Part shown: positions 34,178-42,690 of the stretch, piece after piece
Layout of the letters: the number at the start of each line of letters is the position of its first letter
Numbering within the stretch: the stretch's first letter is position 1
Origin: a virus
IMG/VR virus record: IMGVR_UViG_3300035130_000101
Span: 1-64,000 of that record
Length of the DNA: 64,000 bases
Reading direction: 5' to 3' (one strand)
The notes under the pieces: model-generated
The model's input: the letters and a program-made list of their open reading frames with translations, nothing else
Told to the model about the DNA's origin: nothing
Databases searched by the model: none
Position numbers and translations under genes: made by a program

Positions 34178-35748
34178 ATCATTTTCACCTGTGTAATCTC
34201 TTTCTCAGCTATCTCTAGGTTTTTGCAACCCCTTTCCCAGTAATTTGGCTTAAGTTCAAACAAGATAGCCTTGCGATCCATCTTAACTGCCTGATAACCC
34301 TCACTCGCGTGACCACCATATGGAGACATTATTATATCTCCCAATTTGGTGTATTCACCGATTAGTTGACCTATTAAATCAAGCTGAAGAGGGCAGATGT
34401 GTTTTTCCTCGCTCTCGTCCTTTTGTTTTGCATATTTTAAGGCATTGGTTATTACATTGGTCTGCCGAATATCCATCAGGCAGTTGGGGTGACTGTCGGG
34501 CAAGCCGTCCAGATCAAACCAGACCGGTGAAGCGTATCGCTGCCACAACAGAATCGAGTAGTAGGTATTGTCTCTCCAACTGACAGGCGGACGATTGCCG
34601 ACGTAATCGGAATGCACTTCATTGCCTTTGGTAATCGCCATCTGCCAGGTTCGTTCTTTTTCCTCGATTGTCTGAACTTCGCCGTTTGTCTGAATAATGT
34701 CAGAGTATACCCGCTCAAATGTCTGGTACTCAACATCCGGTGGCCTGATGCTATGCTTGACTACGTTATTCTCAAAGTCACCTTTCCAGTTACGAAACGT
34801 GACAACGAACGAACCATCAGTCAAGGCGACCCGGCTATGGAATTTCCAGCCGTCAACCGACTCAAACTGCTTGATTATCGAGGCCAACATTCGGGCGGTG
34901 CAGTGGATAGAAGTCAAGCGGCCGGGGGTAGTTTTTCTCAGAATGTCACTGCAAAGAAGATCATCCATATATTTTTTTGTTGACCAGAATGAGTACTGGA
35001 CCGGTACCTGCTCGATATTATCAATCCTTCCCCTAATATCAACCCCTAACGGCGTTGAGATATACTCGCCCTCATTAGTCCAGATATGGACCATCCGCTC
35101 TACGACCTGCGGGTTAAGCGGCGGCAACTTGTCATTGATCTTTTCGCCGCCCTTGTTGAATACCAGGACGTAATCAGCGCAGCCCTGCCGGGTAACTTCG
35201 GCCCGCTCTGAAAAGCTCTTGTGTAGTAGGCCGTAGGTTTTGGTACGTTGCATCTCGATAACCGGGTCTTTCCAGACCGTCATCCATCGCTCGAAATTAA
35301 AGCCGATGGATTCACAGAGGCGGATAATCTCACCGGGGAAGTCATACAGACCGGCATAACCGTGAGATGACATATAGCGCATCGTGTCTTTGCAGTGAAC
35401 GGCCATTCGCCCACCATCCTCCAGGACCCTGAACATCTCAGTCAGGTGATAATACCAGCCCTCGAAAAATTGTTCCTCGCTATCGGTGTTGCCCAAATCG
35501 GCAATGGAGTCAGAATAAATATACAACGCGAGAAAGGGCGGGGAATACGGGATGAATTGAACTGATTTGTCGGGTAAATTCCTCATTCCAAAAACACAAT
35601 CAGCCCCATAAAAAGCCCAGTTCTCTCCAAACTTCTGGTCAATTATCTGATTCACTTCATCCTCCCATTCAAAAAGTGGGGCAAGACCATTTCCGTATTG
35701 CCCAGATTGGTTGTCAATTTCTTTTGGTCTATTCGCCACAAACCACAT
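34174..35748 (-). CDS. DNA N6-adenine/N4-cytosine methyltransferase
   Basis: 524 aa. Motif IV SPPF (FIPYSPPFLALY) and a C-terminal AdoMet-site-like SPYGGHASEGYQA (beta-class order). Its 5' end overlaps the helicase by 97 nt, so the start is uncertain. Confidence 0.75.
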   Translation of the reverse strand: MWFVANRPKEIDNQSGQYGNGLAPLFEWEDEVNQIIDQKFGENWAFYGADCVFGMRNLPDKSVQFIPYSPPFLALYIYSDSIADLGNTDSEEQFFEGWYYHLTEMFRVLEDGGRMAVHCKDTMRYMSSHGYAGLYDFPGEIIRLCESIGFNFERWMTVWKDPVIEMQRTKTYGLLHKSFSERAEVTRQGCADYVLVFNKGGEKINDKLPPLNPQVVERMVHIWTNEGEYISTPLGVDIRGRIDNIEQVPVQYSFWSTKKYMDDLLCSDILRKTTPGRLTSIHCTARMLASIIKQFESVDGWKFHSRVALTDGSFVVTFRNWKGDFENNVVKHSIRPPDVEYQTFERVYSDIIQTNGEVQTIEEKERTWQMAITKGNEVHSDYVGNRPPVSWRDNTYYSILLWQRYASPVWFDLDGLPDSHPNCLMDIRQTNVITNALKYAKQKDESEEKHICPLQLDLIGQLIGEYTKLGDIIMSPYGGHASEGYQAVKMDRKAILFELKPNYWERGCKNLEIAEKEITQVKMI

Positions 35749-37130
35749 TCGGCTACAACCTCGTTCACTCGTTTCTGCATTTTCTTATGTTGCGCTCCCT
35801 TGCGCTTGAGTGACTTGACTATGCCTATCTCCGTTTCCGTGGCGTACATATTGACAACAGACTGCCGGGCATTGCCGAACCGGTCAGTTCTGCCAACGGC
35901 CTGATACCAGCTCTCCCATTTGTAATTGATAGAAACGAAGTGGTGCCTGGCGCAATGTTGCCAGTTAAGCCCGAGCCCGGCAATGCTATCTTTCGTAATG
36001 ATAATCCGACTATTGCCGGTCGAAAAGGAATCAAGCTTAGCCTCTTTGTTTGCCAGGTTATCTCGGCCTGATACCTCTACTACTTCACCGTTCTTGTAAA
36101 TAGCCTGTAGCTCTTTAGCCAGGAGCTTTGATTCATCTTCCAGATCACACCAAACGATATGAGGTTCGCTTGGCTCTTTTTCGACTTCCTCAATCGCACA
36201 TATTACCCGGTCCTGATAGGTGGCTTTCTTCTCTGCCCACATCTCTGTTGATGAAGGCGTATCGGGCAACATCAAATAACGTTGCCCTTTCTTGGTGGTC
36301 ATATCCCAGGCCCGGCGATGGTCAACGTCTAGCGTATGGAATCGGATGTCAAGCGGTGGCCTGATGTATCCCTCATCGCTGCCACCGATATCAGACGGCG
36401 TAGAGATGATACTGGCCCAGGTTGTTACCCAGCGCCAGAAGTCCTTTTCGCCCAACGGCTTAAGAATGTAATTGCCGGCCACCATCTTTTTATCTTTCAT
36501 CGAGGCGTTCATAAACCAGTTGGCAATCATCTGGTTGGAGTCCATCACGCCTAATGCCTCGGCGTGATTGCCAAGTTCGAGGAAGTCATTCGGGGAAGGT
36601 GTAGCGGAGCAAAGCAAACCATAGCGGATCTCGTTCATAAATGGCAAAACAAACTTTTTCGTCTCGCCGGTATAGCTCTTGAGAATCGAGCTTTCATCGA
36701 TAACAACACCGCCGTCTTTCCAATGAAACGGCTTGAATTTGCCCCGGAACATATCAAAGTTGACAATGGTTATCGGACAATCTGACAAAACAGCATCGTC
36801 ATAATTCCTGACCTGTTCAATCTCAACGTCAATCTTTCGGGCTTCCCTGACGGTTTGCTTGGCTACGGCTAACGGGCAAACTATCAAGACCGGCGCGCCG
36901 GTCTTTTTGTGTACCTGCTTGGCCCATTCGACCTGCAAGAGCGTTTTCCCTAATCCTCGCTCCCAAAACGCAGCGCCCCGGCCAAGCTTGATTAGCCACT
37001 GCAATGACCACTGCTGCCAGTCGAATAACATCGGGTTAATATCAGCCAGATCAACGTCAAAACCAACCGGCTTGGCGCTAATCTGTTTACTGATAAGATA
37101 ATCCTCATACGTTTCAAATTTTGGTATCAT
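35652..37130 (-). CDS. SNF2/DEAD-like helicase
   Basis: Motif I GLGKTL, motif II VIDESSILK, motif VI QAVGRTDRFGN. Confidence 0.85.
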   Translation of the reverse strand: MIPKFETYEDYLISKQISAKPVGFDVDLADINPMLFDWQQWSLQWLIKLGRGAAFWERGLGKTLLQVEWAKQVHKKTGAPVLIVCPLAVAKQTVREARKIDVEIEQVRNYDDAVLSDCPITIVNFDMFRGKFKPFHWKDGGVVIDESSILKSYTGETKKFVLPFMNEIRYGLLCSATPSPNDFLELGNHAEALGVMDSNQMIANWFMNASMKDKKMVAGNYILKPLGEKDFWRWVTTWASIISTPSDIGGSDEGYIRPPLDIRFHTLDVDHRRAWDMTTKKGQRYLMLPDTPSSTEMWAEKKATYQDRVICAIEEVEKEPSEPHIVWCDLEDESKLLAKELQAIYKNGEVVEVSGRDNLANKEAKLDSFSTGNSRIIITKDSIAGLGLNWQHCARHHFVSINYKWESWYQAVGRTDRFGNARQSVVNMYATETEIGIVKSLKRKGAQHKKMQKRVNEVVAECGLWRIDQKKLTTNLGNTEMVLPHFLNGRMK

Positions 37131-37149
37131 AGCTCACTCCTTAATGACT

Positions 37150-37178
37150 ATAATAGCACACCCGCTATTGATTGTCAA
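37150..37178 (-). promoter_or_regulatory. sigma70-type promoter for the helicase operon
   Basis: On the minus strand: CTATTGACA, 17-nt spacer, TATTAT. It lies within the palindrome CTATTGATTGTCAATAG (37165-37181). The AAGGAG RBS is right at the predicted 5' end. Confidence 0.55.
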
Positions 37179-37452
37179 TAGTCCTGCCTACTTGCAGATG
37201 ATGCGGCAAGACATTGCGCTTTCCAACGATGTCGAGGCCGTCGATCTCCAGGGCCTCGTCATACTGGCCCATATTGACGTAAACGGTCGTTGCTGGCTGG
37301 CCGAACTTGCGCCGGTAGGCAGCAACGGCGGCTTTGATCTTGTCGGCCTGGGTAGTTTTTTTATCGGCGTCGTACCACATCAAAAGCATCGGTTTCCTCT
37401 TTTTGGTAAAGGCCGTTATCGGAATCGGCCCGGTGATAAAATCGGTTAGCAT
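37165..37452 (-). CDS. hypothetical protein
   Basis: 95 aa; AAGGAG RBS after the palindrome motif. Confidence 0.5.
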   Translation of the reverse strand: MLTDFITGPIPITAFTKKRKPMLLMWYDADKKTTQADKIKAAVAAYRRKFGQPATTVYVNMGQYDEALEIDGLDIVGKRNVLPHHLQVGRTIDNQ

Positions 37453-37471
37453 TTTGGTTCACTCCTTTTTT

Positions 37472-37485
37472 TGAATTGCAATTGA
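37472..37485. repeat. junction palindrome
   Basis: TGAATTGCAATTGA; 5 nt after stop 37491. In gene sense it is followed by AAAAAAGGAG. Confidence 0.65.
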
Positions 37486-37490
37486 AATAA

Positions 37491-38546
37491 TTATGAGTTG
37501 ATTTGCCACATCTCCGGCGCTCGATGCGATGGGCCGTCAAAATCGAGCATCTTCCAAGATACTTCCATTACCCTATCAAGCACCGCCCGGCCAAGATAAT
37601 CCTCAAGCGCCAAACGGCCCGGCGCTTTCTCCGACATTTCGCCCGGTCCGCAGTTGAATGTCAAGATAGTTGGCATCTCAGCATTGTACCGGTAATTCAG
37701 GACAGAATAGAGCGTTGACTTCACCCACTCGGACGGCTGCCGCTTGTCTAGGTCGTCTATCACAATGACAAGGCCCTGCTGCAACTCTCGGATGACATCG
37801 GCCTCGGTCTCCTGGCTAATCCGGTTGCCGTCCTCGTCTTTGTCCCACGTACCTTGCAGCCGCTTGAGATATTCGGGCCATACCCGGAAATAGCAATCAC
37901 GAAAGCCCCGGTCTATAGCCTCGTGAATGACGGCAGCGGCAAGGTGGCTTTTGCCGGTCCCAACGTTGCCATACATAATCAGCCAGTTATCCCGCTCCCG
38001 CTTGCCGGAAAAGAGCATATCAACGTAAGCCGTCACCTTTTGGCGCAGTTGTTCACTCTCCGGCCAATCGTGGCGAATAGCGTAGCTGTCAAATGTGGCT
38101 TGGCGCAACCAACCAATCAGGCCAGCTTTTGTCAGATGAGCTTCGTACAGGTCGCGCTGTATCTTGTCGGCTTCACGCTCTTTCAGGCGCTTGGTTCGCT
38201 CAAGTGAAGTTCGCCCACGGTCGCAGCCGCAATAGTCCGGCCATATCAGGACGGGCCGAACCACGCCAATAACCTCTTGCTCGATAATGCGAGGAATGAG
38301 AAGGGAGCCGCAAAACTTGCACTTGAGGCCGACGCGCTGGGCGATCTCTTCAGACGATAGCTGTACCAGTTCACGCCGGTAATGTCGCCACGCCTGCCGC
38401 CACTGTTCGTCTTGGCGCTCGGCTTCCCGGCGCATAGCAGCATAGCGGAGCCGCTCTTGCCGGTCCTCAACCTCTTGCTTTGAAGGCTGCCGTTGCCCTC
38501 TTTGCGATTTCGTCATCTGCTGGTGTAGCCACTTGTTTACGTCCAT
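37491..38546 (-). CDS. DnaC/IstB-like AAA+ helicase loader
   Basis: Walker A YGNVGTGKSHL, Walker B LVIVIDDLDK, and an N-terminal CxxC...C zinc-like region. Confidence 0.8.
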   Translation of the reverse strand: MDVNKWLHQQMTKSQRGQRQPSKQEVEDRQERLRYAAMRREAERQDEQWRQAWRHYRRELVQLSSEEIAQRVGLKCKFCGSLLIPRIIEQEVIGVVRPVLIWPDYCGCDRGRTSLERTKRLKEREADKIQRDLYEAHLTKAGLIGWLRQATFDSYAIRHDWPESEQLRQKVTAYVDMLFSGKRERDNWLIMYGNVGTGKSHLAAAVIHEAIDRGFRDCYFRVWPEYLKRLQGTWDKDEDGNRISQETEADVIRELQQGLVIVIDDLDKRQPSEWVKSTLYSVLNYRYNAEMPTILTFNCGPGEMSEKAPGRLALEDYLGRAVLDRVMEVSWKMLDFDGPSHRAPEMWQINS

Positions 38547-39309
38547 TTCGGTTCACTCCGTTTGGTTTTTTCTTTGGCTTGTCGGTTATTTGACCGGCAG
38601 CAAGCCAACTATCAAGTATAGCTTTTATGTAAGTCCATTTTCTAACATTGTTTTCCGCTGCCTCTTTTATTGCTTTCTCTACCCAACCAGCCGGACATTC
38701 GGCGGTATAGGTGCGAATATTGTCTGATATAATCTGGCTCAAAGAACCGATATTCTCTTCCCAGGATATGCACGCTTTCTGAAAATCAGTCGGCGGTATA
38801 GTAGTATTTAAACTCTGATTCTGTATCTGTATCTGGTGCGTTTCTTGAAACGTTTCATTTCCGTTTCTTGAAACGTTTCTTTTCGTATATTGATTATGAT
38901 TATCTTCCCCGTCGTCGGTGTCGTCATCACCGTTTTTAGTCTGCTTTCGTCTGTATCTCTTAACGCGCTCGTAGCTGTTATCGCTCTTGAATTGGCGTTG
39001 CTCCCAATTGGTGACAACAAAAATGCCGTCATTGTCGACAAAAAGCATATCAAATTCGACAAATTCACGGCATATTTTGGAAAATTGTCCGTTTTCAAGA
39101 CCGATCTCTGAGCAAATGAAGTCATCTGGTAACGCCGTTCCCTTATTGGAAACGAGCCGGCCGCGCTCCGGTGACTCCCCGGCCAGCATTAAGAGCGATG
39201 TCCACACCCCAATTATTAGCGGCTTGGGCAGGTTTAACTCAGCCGCAATCATCTTGATCTTCCTGTCTGAAAGTGTCTCTGTGTAAAGTCTTAACCAGGG
39301 CATCGACAT
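38467..39309 (-). CDS. replisome organizer (N-terminal phage rep-org domain + DnaD/DnaB_2-like C-domain)
   Basis: MPWLRLYTETLSDRKI... at the N-terminus. The C-terminus reads WEENIGSLSQIISDNIRTY...KWTYIKAILDSWLAAG. The iterons lie in its linker. Confidence 0.7.
   Translation of the reverse strand: MSMPWLRLYTETLSDRKIKMIAAELNLPKPLIIGVWTSLLMLAGESPERGRLVSNKGTALPDDFICSEIGLENGQFSKICREFVEFDMLFVDNDGIFVVTNWEQRQFKSDNSYERVKRYRRKQTKNGDDDTDDGEDNHNQYTKRNVSRNGNETFQETHQIQIQNQSLNTTIPPTDFQKACISWEENIGSLSQIISDNIRTYTAECPAGWVEKAIKEAAENNVRKWTYIKAILDSWLAAGQITDKPKKKPNGVNRNGRKQVATPADDEIAKRATAAFKARG
38839..38856. repeat. iteron copy 1 (CGTTTCTTGAAACGTTTC)
   Basis: Exact 18-mer containing GTTTC-NN-GAAAC dyads, inside the organizer gene linker. 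Confidence 0.6.
38862..38879. repeat. iteron copy 2
   Basis: Exact 18-mer, 23 bp from copy 1. An AT-rich stretch follows at 38881-38905. Confidence 0.6.
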
Positions 39310-39348
39310 TGAAAAAACCTCTTTCCGTTACACTCGTTGTTTCAAGAC

Positions 39349-39366
39349 CGTTTCTTGAAACGTTTC
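39349..39366. repeat. iteron copy 3
   Basis: Exact 18-mer upstream of the organizer gene start. A partial GTTTCAAGAC lies at 39339-39348. Confidence 0.6.
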
Positions 39367-39385
39367 ATTATCCATTAAAGAAACC

Positions 39386-39399
39386 TCAATTGCGATTGA
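39386..39399. repeat. junction palindrome
   Basis: TCAATTGCGATTGA; directly after the 39403-39496 terminator in gene sense. Confidence 0.6.
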
Positions 39400-39402
39400 A
39401 AT

Positions 39403-39496
39403 AAAAAAGCCCCTTTATCAAGCCGGCCCGGACAGGGTGGTTTTTTGTCCGGGGCTGGCCGGCCCCGGAGGGCCGGCTTGATAAAAGAGCCTTTTT
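39403..39496 (-). terminator. large branched hairpin terminator
   Basis: Outer arms 39403-39429 and 39470-39496. The 16-bp perfect core extends by G-U pairs only in the minus-strand RNA, and U6 follows on the minus strand. Confidence 0.6.
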
Positions 39497-39620
39497 AATT
39501 AAGGTGTATTTGATTATTAGAGAGCGTCTATTGCTCACCTTATCCCTGTCCCTTTTGCCGCTTTGACCTCTCGGCCCCGGTTTGCCAGACCGGACGGCGT
39601 TAAACGTACTTTATCTTACA
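39403..39620 (-). ncRNA. candidate ~215-nt non-coding transcript next to the ori-like region
   Basis: A consensus promoter (39627-39655) and the terminator (39403-39496) bracket a stretch with no ATG-initiated ORF. Confidence 0.35.
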
Positions 39621-39626
39621 CTGATT

Positions 39627-39655
39627 ATTATACCGCGCCTTAACAAAATTGTCAA
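39627..39655 (-). promoter_or_regulatory. sigma70 consensus promoter
   Basis: On the minus strand: ACTATTGACA, 17-nt spacer, TATAAT. Confidence 0.65.
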
Positions 39656-39696
39656 TAGTGTTCATAAGTCAATTATAGCGGAGTTAGCGCCGGGTG

Positions 39697-39975
39697 TCAA
39701 GGCTGAGTTTTTCGACTGTGATACTCCTGATGACACCGATGGCACAAACAAGTCAAGTCCCCTGGCTCTTCTCGCCCCAGCCGCTCATACGTTCGGTGGT
39801 GCGCTTCCAGCCGATCCGGGCTATTGCACAACTGACAACGATAGCCGGCGCGCCGTTTGCACTCGTCGGCCCGTTTACGCCAAGCGTCGGACTGGATGTA
39901 GCGGTGATAGTCCGGCCGGCGCAAGTAGACCAAGAAAGAGAGAGCGGCTTTAACTTTGGCTATCATATATCCCAA
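39697..39975 (-). CDS. HNH endonuclease
   Basis: CQLCNSPDRLEAHHRTY...CLCHRCHQEYH. Confidence 0.8.
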   Translation of the reverse strand: MGYMIAKVKAALSFLVYLRRPDYHRYIQSDAWRKRADECKRRAGYRCQLCNSPDRLEAHHRTYERLGREEPGDLTCLCHRCHQEYHSRKTQP

Positions 39976-40225
39976 CCTCTACCACCTGCCCGGCCTCTTT
40001 GACGATGACCGCATCTCTGGTCAGTTGCAGCGCATTGCCGAAACCAACCTGCACTAACTCGCTTCTCTCGACCAGATGCAAGACGGTCGCCTTTGGCAAA
40101 CTCAGCAACCGGGCTACCTGGTCAACGGTCGTGTGGCCCTGGGCGACGGCTACGGCGATGCGTTGCTTTGTGGTCATCTTGGGAATTCGTCCCACGTTCG
40201 ACCGTCCAAGATACGTCCGCCCCAA
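39950..40225 (-). CDS. HTH DNA-binding protein
   Basis: TTVDQVARLLSLPKATVLHLVER. Confidence 0.45.
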   Translation of the reverse strand: MGRTYLGRSNVGRIPKMTTKQRIAVAVAQGHTTVDQVARLLSLPKATVLHLVERSELVQVGFGNALQLTRDAVIVKEAGQVVEVGIYDSQS

Positions 40226-40878
40226 ACGCCATCAACTTTACGATTGCCGCCGTGCTGTTTGTGAAAATAGGCAATATCATACCTCTGACAATCATCCCTG
40301 ACTTGCCTAAACCAGTCAAGATCAGCCGGGCGATAGTTTGGGCCGCTCTCGCCGCCTGAAATTATCCAGTCAATAACAGGACTGTAAGGATAAAAGTCAA
40401 CCGGTCCAAGTGCCGGCTCGTAACTGACAAATTTAACGGTCGCAGGAATCTCGTCAAGGGATTCGAGCCGCCATAAATAATCTTTTGCCTCTATGCTGAC
40501 ACCTAACCAGACATTGGGCCAGCCGTTGCCCCAATCATCCGGCATACAATATCTGGCCCATTCCGGTCTTTTGGTCAAAATCTGGTAGGTTAAATGGGGA
40601 GTCTGCCTGATAATGTCCCAGGCTTCATCTCGCCACGGGTCGGCCTCTTCGATGAAGAAATCTGACCAGGAACAGGTAAAAACTTTGGCCGACTTTTGCC
40701 AAGATAACGGCTTTCCGAATGTGGCCCGGCTTGATTTAACTATCGTTGCCGGGTCTTGTCCGTATCGTTTTTTGTCCCGATACATATAGCAATTTTTGCA
40801 GCCGGGGCTAACTTTCTGGCAACCTTGCCAGGGATTCCAGGTATGATTCGTCCATTCTATATTGCTATTTTTGCCCAT
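40174..40878 (-). CDS. phage Gp37/Gp68 family protein (DUF5131)
   Basis: The N-terminus IEWTNHTWNPWQGCQKVSPGCKNCYM is characteristic of this family. Confidence 0.8.
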   Translation of the reverse strand: MGKNSNIEWTNHTWNPWQGCQKVSPGCKNCYMYRDKKRYGQDPATIVKSSRATFGKPLSWQKSAKVFTCSWSDFFIEEADPWRDEAWDIIRQTPHLTYQILTKRPEWARYCMPDDWGNGWPNVWLGVSIEAKDYLWRLESLDEIPATVKFVSYEPALGPVDFYPYSPVIDWIISGGESGPNYRPADLDWFRQVRDDCQRYDIAYFHKQHGGNRKVDGVWGGRILDGRTWDEFPR

Positions 40879-40882
40879 ATCA

Positions 40883-41104
40883 TTACCTCAGCCACACGCT
40901 AAACAGGTCTTTGATCAGTGACCAGTTGTCATTAAGGTCCTGACTATCCAACCCGGCCGCGTGGAGCTTGCCGATCAACGTACCGGTTGGCTGCTCGCCG
41001 GCTTTGATCGCTTGCCAGGCATCAGCGGTGTGTTCATCCATAATGCGACGGATGATAGCACCCTTGTCAGATTTTTTTGAATTGCAATTGAAAGAAAGCG
41101 TCAT
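40883..41104 (-). CDS. hypothetical protein
   Basis: Start taken at the ATGA overlap with the upstream stop (41101-41104); an alternative ATG is at 41041. The palindrome motif lies inside the 5' part. Confidence 0.4.
   Translation of the reverse strand: MTLSFNCNSKKSDKGAIIRRIMDEHTADAWQAIKAGEQPTGTLIGKLHAAGLDSQDLNDNWSLIKDLFSVWLR
41078..41091. repeat. junction palindrome
   Basis: TGAATTGCAATTGA; 9 nt after stop 41101. Confidence 0.6.
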
Positions 41105-41298
41105 TGCACTCGCTCCAATCTGACCGTATGGGCGGGATGGTCGAACTCGAACTCGATAGCTATTTGCGGTGACACAAAAAACCGCTCCAGCTTGGCGCGC
41201 ACCTCTTCGGGGCAAAACGCAAAACAGTCGCGGATAACGTCCTCATTATCGGTTTGGTTGACCGGTTGATAGCCGGTCCTGATAAAACGGTAAAGCAT
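41101..41298 (-). CDS. hypothetical protein
   Basis: 65-aa ORF. Confidence 0.45.
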   Translation of the reverse strand: MLYRFIRTGYQPVNQTDNEDVIRDCFAFCPEEVRAKLERFFVSPQIAIEFEFDHPAHTVRLERVQ

Positions 41299-41301
41299 AG
41301 C

Positions 41302-41619
41302 TCACTCCTTTGCAAACTTCACTATCGGCAAAATATACCGGTCAGGATTATCGAACATATCAGACGTAAAGCGGAACACACGCCAGCCAAGCAAAACGGC
41401 CTGGTTGTACTTCTCGCAGTCGCCCGTAAAGCCCTTGCCCCTGGTGTGACGGCCACCTGAATGAATACCGCCTTCGATCTCTATGGCAATGAGCTTGTCG
41501 GGCAATGCCCGGTCAAAGCGCCATTTTCGCTCCGGATGAAAGCGGTACTCTTCGACGAGAGCCGGGCCGCCGTAAACTCGCCAGTAATAATCGAAGGTGG
41601 CCTCAAGATCGGTTTTCAT
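41302..41619 (-). CDS. Vsr/DUF559-like endonuclease-fold protein
   Basis: FHPERKWRFDRALPDKLIAIEIEGGIHS...LLGWRVFRF. Start at the internal Met (41619). Confidence 0.55.
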   Translation of the reverse strand: MKTDLEATFDYYWRVYGGPALVEEYRFHPERKWRFDRALPDKLIAIEIEGGIHSGGRHTRGKGFTGDCEKYNQAVLLGWRVFRFTSDMFDNPDRYILPIVKFAKE

Positions 41620-41827
41620 CACCGTTGCCGATGGGAACAAACTCAACGTTAACCCGATAACCAACCCCGGCGGCAATTCTGTCCAAGGTATTCAATTGAA
41701 CATTGCGCGGCATATCGTCATCAGCAATTAACTGGCCGATACGATTACGAGATACGCCAACCTCTTTAGCCAATTCATAAACAGGCTTGCGGCTTTTGCG
41801 AACAATCAAAAATAGCGGATTTAGCAT
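41603..41827 (-). CDS. XRE/Cro-CI-type HTH regulator
   Basis: VYELAKEVGVSRNRIGQLIADD. It sits at the divergent promoter pair. Confidence 0.7.
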   Translation of the reverse strand: MLNPLFLIVRKSRKPVYELAKEVGVSRNRIGQLIADDDMPRNVQLNTLDRIAAGVGYRVNVEFVPIGNGDENRS

Positions 41828-41848
41828 TTGTTCTTACCTCCACTTGTC

Positions 41849-41877
41849 ATTATAACACAAAAGATTACTTTTGTCAA
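41849..41877 (-). promoter_or_regulatory. sigma70 consensus promoter (leftward)
   Basis: On the minus strand: TTGACA, 17-nt spacer, TATAAT. The GGAGG RBS lies at the predicted 5' end. Confidence 0.7.
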
Positions 41878-41904
41878 TATATACAATGAAATTGCAAAAT
41901 AGAC

Positions 41905-41933
41905 TTGACAATGAAATGGAAATGTGATATAAT
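41905..41933 (+). promoter_or_regulatory. sigma70 consensus promoter (rightward)
   Basis: TTGACA, 17-nt spacer, TATAAT. Confidence 0.7.
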
Positions 41934-41974
41934 GTAGACATCAAAGCAAACAGATTAGGGCAAGGGAGATTAAG

Positions 41975-42166
41975 ATGGAAGTCAACTTTAACGAAATGGT
42001 ACACGAGCTATTTGAGGCTTTAGATGATACGGTCTTGGCCGAGTATTACAATTACGAAGCTGGGCTTGTTGATTATCCATCAGAGACAGCCCTTAACGCC
42101 TTGCGTAACTATCAAGACAAAGGATTCGGAGAAAGTAAGGCATTACAGGTAATAGATATACAATAA
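41975..42166 (+). CDS. hypothetical acidic early protein
   Basis: 63 aa; AGGGAG RBS. Confidence 0.55.
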   Translation: MEVNFNEMVHELFEALDDTVLAEYYNYEAGLVDYPSETALNALRNYQDKGFGESKALQVIDIQ

Positions 42167-42171
42167 AAAAA

Positions 42172-42198
42172 CTCCCCGGCGTTCGCAGCGCCGGGGAG
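42172..42198. other. 10-bp GC-rich hairpin
   Basis: CTCCCCGGCG ttcgcag CGCCGGGGAG. The A-run lies on the upstream side only, so it is not a canonical plus-strand terminator. Confidence 0.4.
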
Positions 42199-42223
42199 CC
42201 TAGCCAAACTAAGGAGTGATTAA

Positions 42224-42424
42224 ATGTCAAGTAATATTGTAGCACAGAATACACAGCAGGTCAACAGTCTTGATGACCGGCCCATTTTAGTCATTTTGCC
42301 CAATCGTTGCTATTGGCTGGATATGACCGATGACCAGCCGATACCGTTTCAAGGCGAGCCGCAGTATGGGCAATACTGGGACGGATCGCCGGAAGATTGG
42401 TATGGCCTGGAGGCCAGAGGATGA
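42224..42424 (+). CDS. hypothetical protein
   Basis: 66 aa; AAGGAG RBS. Confidence 0.5.
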   Translation: MSSNIVAQNTQQVNSLDDRPILVILPNRCYWLDMTDDQPIPFQGEPQYGQYWDGSPEDWYGLEARG

Positions 42425-42690
42425 TTGACCAAATCTTAGACTGGGGCAGAGCCAACGCCAACGGCAGCAAGAAAGCCATTGACACCGCCGGCCACTTCGA
42501 CCGCAGCCAGACCGAAGCCTGGCGCAAAGAACTGCGCCGTCGCTTCAAAGACGGTGAGCGTCACATTGATGGTAGCTGGCGACAGGGCTATGAACTGGTC
42601 TTACCCACGGGTGAGGCCATCGGAGTGACGAACGGCCACGCTAGTCATTTTGTGATATACTATCGAAAAGGAGCGATATACTATGGCTAA
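42421..42690 (+). CDS. hypothetical protein
   Basis: ATGA overlap with the upstream stop; the track ORF starts at 42397. Confidence 0.5.
   Translation: MIDQILDWGRANANGSKKAIDTAGHFDRSQTEAWRKELRRRFKDGERHIDGSWRQGYELVLPTGEAIGVTNGHASHFVIYYRKGAIYYG

Noticed and set aside
39582-40301. Plus-strand ORFs 39582..39953, 39694..40002, 39999..40301
   Set aside because: They overlap the HNH, HTH and DUF5131 genes on the minus strand, which carry recognisable motifs. I treat them as shadow ORFs.
42291-42548. Minus-strand ORF 42291..42548 that would use the 42172-42198 hairpin as its terminator
   Set aside because: It lies opposite coupled plus-strand early genes and has no start signals. The hairpin orientation remains unexplained.
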